Shown: piece after piece, positions 57,776 to 64,000 of the stretch | Position numbering within the stretch: the stretch's first letter is position 1 | Layout of the letters: each line of letters begins with the position of its first letter | Assembly (NCBI GenBank): GCA_964654925.1 | Contig: CAZZKO010000002.1 | Location: 9,589 to 73,588 of the forward strand | Direction: 5' to 3' | Origin: an uncultured Candidatus Bathyarchaeia archaeon | Lineage (GTDB): Archaea > Thermoproteota > Bathyarchaeia > Bathyarchaeales > Bathycorpusculaceae | DNA: 64,000 nucleotides | Notes under the pieces: generated by a model | The model's database searches: none | Told to the model about the DNA's origin: nothing | Seen by the model: the letters and a program-made list of their open reading frames with translations, nothing else | Made by a program: the position numbers and the translations under genes

Positions 57776-58411
57776 GTGAAGGTGAAACATTTGGAAATTG
57801 GAGGACAGATGCCCCAATATTTGTGGGTCCCAGGCGCCACCACAGTTGGAGTGGTATGCAGCGACGGTGTTATACTTGCCTCTGAGAAACGTGTTTCCTA
57901 TGGATATCTAGTCGTCAGTCGAGGTGGGAAGAAGGTCTTTAAGATAACTGATCGTATTGGAGCGGCGTGTGCTGGGCTTGTTTCTGATATGCAGATCCTT
58001 ATTCGAGAAGTTGAAGCCTACGCGAACTTGTACAGTCTAGAGGTCGGCAGATCAATTCCTGTTCGATCCGCTGCAAAGCTTATGTCAAACCTACTTTTCG
58101 CGAATAGGCTCACCCCTCTGATAACTCAGACCATCGTGGGAGGATTGGATGAGGAAGGGCCCGCCCTTTATGTTCTTGATGTGTTAGGGTCCGTTATTCC
58201 CGACAAGTTTGCCGTGGTAGGTTCTGGAACGGAAATTGCCATGGGTGTTCTGGAAGAGGGATACAGAGAAGGTTTAGACGTTAAGCAAGGAAGGGAACTT
58301 GTTGTAAGGGCAATAAAATCCGCTATAAGCCGAGACATAATGAGCGGTGACGGTATAGACTTTCTATTTGTTTTGAAGGATGGTATCCGGGAAGAATCAA
58401 TAAAGTTTTAG
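57776..58411 (+). CDS. psmB: proteasome subunit beta
   Basis: Propeptide then GATTVGVVCSDGVILASEKR. Confidence 0.95.
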   Translation: MKVKHLEIGGQMPQYLWVPGATTVGVVCSDGVILASEKRVSYGYLVVSRGGKKVFKITDRIGAACAGLVSDMQILIREVEAYANLYSLEVGRSIPVRSAAKLMSNLLFANRLTPLITQTIVGGLDEEGPALYVLDVLGSVIPDKFAVVGSGTEIAMGVLEEGYREGLDVKQGRELVVRAIKSAISRDIMSGDGIDFLFVLKDGIREESIKF

Positions 58412-58416
58412 TTTAA

Positions 58417-59067
58417 TTGATGTTTAACGAGGTGTTTCCTCTGTCTCTTGATATTACTCTTGAAGAAGGTAAATTACTAGTTAAACTTGCACGTACCGCA
58501 GTTGAGGAATATCTTAAAAAACATAGGCGCATCCGTGTTCCAGAAGGCATGCCTGAGAAGCTGATGCAACCATGCGGGGTCTTTGTAACGATTAACAAAA
58601 TTGAAAATGGGCAGAAGGATTTACGGGGTTGCATAGGCTACCCTTATCCAACGAATCCTCTGGCCGAGGCCGTCATCGACTCTGCAATAAGCTCTGCGAC
58701 AAGCGATCCACGCTTCTATCCGCTTTCATTAGACGAACTTGACAACGTAGTTTTTGAGGTGAGCGTTCTAACACCGCCCCAGCTAATAGAGGTTGAAAAG
58801 CCCATAGATTATCCCTCAAAAATTAAAATTGGACAAGATGGACTAATAATTGAAAAAGGTTTTTATAAAGGATTACTGCTCCCACAGGTTCCCGTAGAAT
58901 GGGGTTGGGATGAAGAGGAATTTCTCTGTCAGTGTTGCATTAAAGCCGGTTTGCCTCCAGATTGCTGGTTAATGAAAGGCACAAGGGTCTATAAATTCCA
59001 AGCCATAATCTTTGAAGAAGAAAGTCCTGGCGGTGAGATAAAACGCAAGAGCATCGAAAAAGAATGA
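58417..59067 (+). CDS. AMMECR1 domain protein
   Basis: CGVFVTINK...LRGCIGYPYP...DPRF. Confidence 0.9.
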   Translation: MMFNEVFPLSLDITLEEGKLLVKLARTAVEEYLKKHRRIRVPEGMPEKLMQPCGVFVTINKIENGQKDLRGCIGYPYPTNPLAEAVIDSAISSATSDPRFYPLSLDELDNVVFEVSVLTPPQLIEVEKPIDYPSKIKIGQDGLIIEKGFYKGLLLPQVPVEWGWDEEEFLCQCCIKAGLPPDCWLMKGTRVYKFQAIIFEEESPGGEIKRKSIEKE

Positions 59068-59078
59068 ACTTGGAGCTA

Positions 59079-60236
59079 CTATCTCTCTCCTATCTCCTCT
59101 ATGATTTTTGTTGTCTTCTCCAAACCATTAAACCTGTTTGAATACTTATTTAATCGTTGCAAATTGCTTTTGAAGAACTCTTTTTCTCTCTCGATTTCCT
59201 GAATTGCACGTTTTAACTCTTCCTTATTCTTCGCGACTAAGGCACAGTTTAAATCTTGCAGTTTTTTGGCGTTTCCGATTTGCTCAGGCTGTGTAGGAAT
59301 ACAGATGCTGGGTTTCATGTACTTTATCACCTCAAAGCATGTGCTGTGTCCTCCACTGAAAATCACCATTTTGGAGTTTGCCATGATTTTTTGGCGTTTT
59401 TCTGGAGCTAGCCACGAGTATACTTTGCAGTTTCCAATTTTTGCGCATCTATTATTTTTCGTAGCTTCTCCAAGACTCACTATGCTTTTCACGTTTAAGC
59501 TGCTTAACACTGGAATTATAGTTTGCATGAGCCTAGTTTTTGTTCCTAAAGGGCCGCTTATTGAGGCAAAAATATGTTCCTCCGATCCCTTTACTGGCGT
59601 GATATTAAAGAAAGTGCCTACAAATTCAACTTTGTCTCTGATTCCTATGTCATCTAAGTTGCCGATATTATACTCGCATATTGTATAGGGCATTGGATTG
59701 TCCGGAATGATTACTTTTAAGCATTTTTTAATATATCGCTCAACGAATCTCTCCCCTGGAGTGAGTGCGTGAGCAAAACCATAGCGTGGCCTGAGAAGGT
59801 TTGTTATGTAAATGGCCGGGATTCTCCATCTGTGTGCAAGCCTTAACGCATGGAGATCACCGTCAGAAATAATTAGGTTTGGCCTGATTTTTCTGATGTT
59901 CTCCCTGAGATCATAGTAACGTTTTATAGTTTCTATGGCGCTTGGCGTTTTTATTTCAAATCTCCTATTTTCTGGGTTAAAACGCGGTATTGGAAATAAT
60001 ATGTTCAAAATAGAAGCCGAAGTAATTATTCCATAGGAGTTTTCATACCAAGCCACGGGAGTGCAATAATAGACATTTCTGAACTCCTTTTTTAGAAGAT
60101 TGTACACCCTTCCCCCAGAATAGAGGAATAGCTCGTTTCCCTTCTCCTCCAACCTCTTTCCCAAGCACATAATTCTTGATAGGTGCCCAAGTCCAAGTTC
60201 GTTACAGCTAAGCATTAGCCGCATAGCTCTTCGCAT
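59079..60236 (-). CDS. glycosyltransferase (MurG/GT28-like)
   Basis: N-terminal GLGHLSR and C-terminal SGGHSTCFEV...IPTQPEQIGNAKKL. Confidence 0.7.
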   Translation of the reverse strand: MRRAMRLMLSCNELGLGHLSRIMCLGKRLEEKGNELFLYSGGRVYNLLKKEFRNVYYCTPVAWYENSYGIITSASILNILFPIPRFNPENRRFEIKTPSAIETIKRYYDLRENIRKIRPNLIISDGDLHALRLAHRWRIPAIYITNLLRPRYGFAHALTPGERFVERYIKKCLKVIIPDNPMPYTICEYNIGNLDDIGIRDKVEFVGTFFNITPVKGSEEHIFASISGPLGTKTRLMQTIIPVLSSLNVKSIVSLGEATKNNRCAKIGNCKVYSWLAPEKRQKIMANSKMVIFSGGHSTCFEVIKYMKPSICIPTQPEQIGNAKKLQDLNCALVAKNKEELKRAIQEIEREKEFFKSNLQRLNKYSNRFNGLEKTTKIIEEIGER

Positions 60237-60403
60237 GCATGAATTGTCCTATAAACTTATTTCAGTTGTCCTTAATCTTTAATTGCCGATAAGCAACCAT
60301 ATCGCTTTCTTTGGCCTATTGTTTATAAGGACCACCGGACTGCAGCTGAATTTTCCATGATAATATTGCTGATGAGAATAAGCCGCGATGATTTCCTAGC
60401 GCA

Positions 60404-61021
60404 CTAAAACTCGGGCTTTCTAAGGTGTAGGCCTAATATGAAAATCTCTGAGCTTTTTGCTCTACTTGCTTTAGGCTTAATTAATTTTACGTCCTTGAAG
60501 TAGCGCTTCATTTCTCCAAGAAATTCTTTCAGCATATCTCCTTCAAAAATCTTTACAAAGAAATTGCCATCAGGCTTTAAAACTTCAAGGGCTATTTTTA
60601 GGGCTGCCTGTGCGCAGTCTATTTGCCTAGCATGATCAACTTCCCATACGCCTGAGATATTTGGAGAAACATCTGAAACTACGACATCCGCTTTTCTAGG
60701 CAAAATCTCCATTATGGCTTGAACCGTTTCCTTTTCAGTTATGTCCCCAATAATCGTCTTAATGTTGTCCTCGGGGAAGGGTTCAATAGGTTTCAAATCG
60801 ACTCCGAGGATAAAGCCATTCGGCCCGACAATTTTCCTAGCCGCTTGAATCCAACCTCCAGGAGCAGCACCTAGGTCCACGACAACATCTTCATTTTTGA
60901 TGAAATGATATTTCTCCACAGCTTGCAACAGTTTATAGGCTGCTCTCGAACGATAGTTTTCCTCTTTCGCTTTTCTATAATAGTAGTCCCTTTTCCGCTC
61001 TTGGAGCCACGCTTTAGGCAA
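60404..61021 (-). CDS. rlmE: 23S rRNA 2'-O-ribose methyltransferase RlmE/FtsJ
   Basis: YRSRAAYKLLQ...VVDLGAAPGGW...VVSD. Confidence 0.9.
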   Translation of the reverse strand: MPKAWLQERKRDYYYRKAKEENYRSRAAYKLLQAVEKYHFIKNEDVVVDLGAAPGGWIQAARKIVGPNGFILGVDLKPIEPFPEDNIKTIIGDITEKETVQAIMEILPRKADVVVSDVSPNISGVWEVDHARQIDCAQAALKIALEVLKPDGNFFVKIFEGDMLKEFLGEMKRYFKDVKLIKPKASRAKSSEIFILGLHLRKPEF

Positions 61022-61041
61022 AACTAATTTTCACCTAATGT

Positions 61042-61416
61042 TCAACTCTGTTCTTTTTCGGCTTCACGGAGAAGCCATTCAGTGAGTTTGCTACAATTCT
61101 GCGGGGTCACGGCGCCCGCCGGTCCGCACCTTTGGCTTTCAGGGCATAGCATGCAGGGAGAGTCCTCTATCGAGCTTATGGAAGCTGGAAGCCTTTTAGG
61201 ATAAAGCCTGTAGGTCCATCTTCCATTGCAGAGCTCTTTTTCCCTTCTTATGAGTCCCTTGCTTTCCAGCTTCAGTGCTATTCTTGAGCCTTCCCTGCTG
61301 CTCGCCCCAAGCTTTCTCCATAATTCAGACTGAAGCATTCCCTTATTCCCGCTGCTTGTTATTATCTGCAAGGCTCTCTGCTCTAGATCGTTATGCCTTC
61401 GCATATCACCAGTCAC
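61042..61416 (-). CDS. winged-helix protein with C-terminal 4-Cys motif (TFE-beta/RPC34-like)
   Basis: GMLQSELWRKLGASSREGSRIALKLESKGLIRRE, then CMLCPESQRCGPAGAVTPQNC. Confidence 0.5.
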   Translation of the reverse strand: MTGDMRRHNDLEQRALQIITSSGNKGMLQSELWRKLGASSREGSRIALKLESKGLIRREKELCNGRWTYRLYPKRLPASISSIEDSPCMLCPESQRCGPAGAVTPQNCSKLTEWLLREAEKEQS

Positions 61417-61502
61417 TTTTATTCGATTATATTTTAGGACCTCTAAAAGTAAAAACGTTTATCAAAAATAAAACAGTTTACGCTGATTGAAAGGAAAATA
61501 AA

Positions 61503-62522
61503 ATGGATAAGGGTAGGGCTGAGAAAAAGTACTGCCTCGGAATCGAAAGTACGGCTGACGACTTTGGCGTTGGAATAGCCAGTTTTGAAGGGGAAATATT
61601 AGCCAATATTATAGACGCATATGTCCCGCCAGAGGGTGGAATTCATCCAAGAGAGGCTGCGAGGCATCATGCAGATGTTGCCGGTAAGGTTGTTGAAAAG
61701 GCCTTAAAAAAAGCCGAAATTAAGCTAGAGGATATAACCCTTATAGCTTTTTCGCAGGGACCTGGATTAGGTCCTTGTCTAAGAACGGGTGCCACAGTGG
61801 CTCGTGCGTTGGCATCATATCTCCATGTCCCCCTTGTAGGTGTAAATCATTGCGTGGCCCATATTGAAATAGGGAGACTTACGACGGGAGCTAGGGACCC
61901 TCTTACTCTTTATGTTTCCGGCGGGAACACTATTGTTGCGGCTTTTGATTCAGGCAGATACAGAGTCTTCGGCGAGACATTAGATATAGCCCTTGGAAAC
62001 TGTCTAGATGTTTTTGCAAGGGAAGCTGGTTTGAGGCCGAAAACGGGTAAACCTTTAGGAGCCATCGTCGAGGAGCTTGCTGGAAAGGGGAAAGTGTTCG
62101 TGTCTCTTCCCTACACGGTTAAGGGAATGGATCTATCCTTCAGTGGCTTATTGACTGCTGCCATAAACATGTTGGGTAAAGGGGTTTCGTTGGAAGATTT
62201 ATGCTACAGTCTCCAAGAAACAGCTTTCTCAATGGTTACAGAAGTTACAGAGCGGGCTTTAGCTCACACAGAGAAAAGAGAGGTCCTGTTGACAGGCGGT
62301 GTAGCCGCTAATAAGAGACTTCAGGAAATGGTCAAGTTCATAGCTGAAGAGCACGATGCAAAATTCTGTGTTGTCCCAAGCGAGTTCGCAATTGATAATG
62401 GCGCCATGATTGCATGGGCTGGTGTGCTCGCTTTTACCCATGGCATAACGACCCCTATTGAAGAAAGCTTTGTAAAGTTGCGGTGGCGGCTTGAGGAGGT
62501 TGAAGTCCCTTGGATGAAGTAA
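61503..62522 (+). CDS. kae1: tRNA N6-adenosine threonylcarbamoyltransferase Kae1
   Basis: LGIESTADDFGVGI...VNHCVAHIE...SGGNT...GGVAAN. Confidence 0.95.
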   Translation: MDKGRAEKKYCLGIESTADDFGVGIASFEGEILANIIDAYVPPEGGIHPREAARHHADVAGKVVEKALKKAEIKLEDITLIAFSQGPGLGPCLRTGATVARALASYLHVPLVGVNHCVAHIEIGRLTTGARDPLTLYVSGGNTIVAAFDSGRYRVFGETLDIALGNCLDVFAREAGLRPKTGKPLGAIVEELAGKGKVFVSLPYTVKGMDLSFSGLLTAAINMLGKGVSLEDLCYSLQETAFSMVTEVTERALAHTEKREVLLTGGVAANKRLQEMVKFIAEEHDAKFCVVPSEFAIDNGAMIAWAGVLAFTHGITTPIEESFVKLRWRLEEVEVPWMK

Positions 62523-63184
62523 ATCAGTGGAGACTAATTAAAAAGGGGGCGGAAGCTTGGCTTTACCTTGCCAATTGGCATGGAAGGAAAGTTGTAATTA
62601 AAAAGCGTCTGCCTAAACATTATAGAACTCCTAAACTTGATGAGCGAATCAGAACTTATCGGACAGTTCATGAGCCGCAACTTATGCATGAGGCCAAAAG
62701 AGCTGGAGTGCCAACTCCGATAATCTATTTGGTTGACGTAAAGGAGGCCATGATTGTAATGGAATTCATTGAAGGGGACCAAGTTAAAAAATTGTTAGAT
62801 CTGATCTCTCAAGAGGAGCGGGATAGGTTATGCTATGATATTGGTGAATTAATAGGAAAGCTCCATAAGAATGGGATTATCCATGGAGACTTAACCACAT
62901 CTAACATGATAAGGACCGCTGATGGCAAAATATTCTTCATAGACTTTGGACTCGGCGAAAAAATCGATGAGGTTGAGGCTAAAGGGGTGGATCTGCATCT
63001 TATGAAACGGGCTTTACAAAGCACTCACTTTAAATTTGCAGATGAATGCTTCAACGCCGTTATTAGAGGATATTCGAGCGTTTTAGATCGTGAGACGGTA
63101 GAAGAAGTTTTAGAAAAGATTAAGGAAATAGAGCGAAGGGGACGGTATGTTATCGAAAGAAAGGAGGCTCGCAGTTCCTTTTGA
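62510..63184 (+). CDS. bud32: Bud32/PRPK atypical protein kinase
   Basis: KGAEA..., VIKKR.PK.YR, IIHGDLTTSN, IDFGL. It overlaps the kae1 3' end by 13 nt. Confidence 0.9.
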   Translation: MDEVNQWRLIKKGAEAWLYLANWHGRKVVIKKRLPKHYRTPKLDERIRTYRTVHEPQLMHEAKRAGVPTPIIYLVDVKEAMIVMEFIEGDQVKKLLDLISQEERDRLCYDIGELIGKLHKNGIIHGDLTTSNMIRTADGKIFFIDFGLGEKIDEVEAKGVDLHLMKRALQSTHFKFADECFNAVIRGYSSVLDRETVEEVLEKIKEIERRGRYVIERKEARSSF

Positions 63185-63241
63185 GACTTAGAAAGTTAGA
63201 AAAGATTTTAAGCATTTAAAATGATGTAAGCCTCTAAAAAG

Positions 63242-63847
63242 GTGGGGCGAGTGGCGAACTACCAATCCTGCGCTAAGGTCATCTTCTTTGCAACAAAGAA
63301 TTTCAATAAATTCCGTGAGGCCTGTATGGTTCTCAGGGAGTTTAACCTATCTTTAGGCATGCTTAAGATAAAAACGTTAGAAATTCAAAGTGAAAGTTTG
63401 GAGGAGATTGCAAAGGCAAGTGTTCTTGAAGCCTTTGAGAAATGTGGGATACCACTAATCGTTGAAGATGCCGGATTGTTTATAGAAGCTTTAAATGATT
63501 TTCCAGGACCGTATGCCTCCTATGCCTATAAAACCATAGGCAATAGAGGACTGCTTAGACTGATGGACGGTGTAGAAAATAGGAAAGCCCGTTTTCAATC
63601 CGTTGTGGCCTATTTCTCACCGGATTTAGAGACTCCTGTATGCTTTAAGGGGGAGATTGTTGGAGAAATAACTAAAGAAGTTCGAAAGGGCAACTCAGGT
63701 TTTGGTTTTGATCCCATTTTTAAGCCTCAAGGAAGCGATAAAACCTTCGCGGAAATGAGTATTGAAGAAAAGAACATGTACTCCCATAGGGCAAGAGCCT
63801 TTAGAGAATTCGCTAAGTGGTACAGGAGTTTTAAGCGAATTGTTTAA
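63242..63847 (+). CDS. rdgB: non-canonical purine NTP pyrophosphatase (RdgB/HAM1)
   Basis: FATKNFNKFRE...VEDAGLFIEALNDFPGPYAS...GFGFDPIF...SHRA. Confidence 0.9.
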   Translation: MGRVANYQSCAKVIFFATKNFNKFREACMVLREFNLSLGMLKIKTLEIQSESLEEIAKASVLEAFEKCGIPLIVEDAGLFIEALNDFPGPYASYAYKTIGNRGLLRLMDGVENRKARFQSVVAYFSPDLETPVCFKGEIVGEITKEVRKGNSGFGFDPIFKPQGSDKTFAEMSIEEKNMYSHRARAFREFAKWYRSFKRIV

Positions 63848-63908
63848 GTTTATCGAAGATTTTAAATATACGCTTACAATTGCTCCTTAAAGCTAAAAAG
63901 GGGTAAGT

Positions 63909-64000
63909 ATGCCTAAAAAGGAAAAGGGTAAATCACATTCGATAAGACCAGTTAGCAAACGTCCTCCAAGCTGGTGTAAGTACCAGCCTGAAGAGGTTGA
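63909..64000 (+). CDS. rps15: 30S ribosomal protein S15 (uS15), 5' partial at window edge
   Basis: MPKKEKGKSHSIRPVSKRPPSWCKYQPEEV; runs off the window. Confidence 0.8.
   Translation, partial: MPKKEKGKSHSIRPVSKRPPSWCKYQPEEV

Noticed and set aside
60330-60385. UGAUGA-like motifs (CUGAUGAG, GCGAUGAU) in the GT/rlmE spacer as a possible C/D sRNA.
   Set aside because: No matching D or D' boxes at the correct spacing on either strand.
1-64000. CRISPR arrays, IS elements or transposases, integrases, prophage genes and rRNA operons.
   Set aside because: I saw no repeat-spacer periodicity, no terminal inverted repeats flanking ORFs, and no recognisable mobile-element or rRNA sequence on reading either strand.

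Overview
This window is a core chromosomal segment of an archaeon. The gene content points to the TACK/Thermoproteota group: TFB, a TFE-beta-like protein, r-proteins S25e/S26e/S28e/L7Ae/L24e/L40e/S17e, Gar1, thermosome, CDC48, FEN1, Kae1 and Bud32 as separate genes, an archaeal histone, and archaeal-type SAM synthetase. About 85 genes are tightly packed on both strands. Most are housekeeping genes for translation, transcription, RNA modification, proteostasis, and nucleotide and cofactor metabolism. I found no CRISPR array, transposase, integrase or rRNA.

Three things are not explained by the ORF track:
- **Hidden tRNA.** The apparently empty spacer after the L7Ae-S28e-L24e operon holds a minus-strand initiator tRNA-Met. 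It carries two bulge-helix-bulge (BHB) introns, one at the canonical 37/38 position and one at the non-canonical 59/60 position.
- **Intron in a protein gene.** The protein-L-isoaspartate methyltransferase gene (pcm) is interrupted by exactly 29 nt that fold into a near-canonical BHB motif. Excision by the normal endonuclease rule restores the conserved SAPHMVA block. This is a candidate endonuclease-spliced intron in a protein-coding mRNA, and it is the most interesting signal in the window.
- **Gene decay.** Several genes are decayed while all long housekeeping genes are intact: DUF4438, DUF1805, a uracil-DNA-glycosylase relic, an ArsR/S-layer-domain gene, an acyl-CoA dehydrogenase stub and a membrane-protein relic. 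This argues for real pseudogenisation rather than sequencing error.

All calls are by eye from the sequence and motifs; no searches were run.
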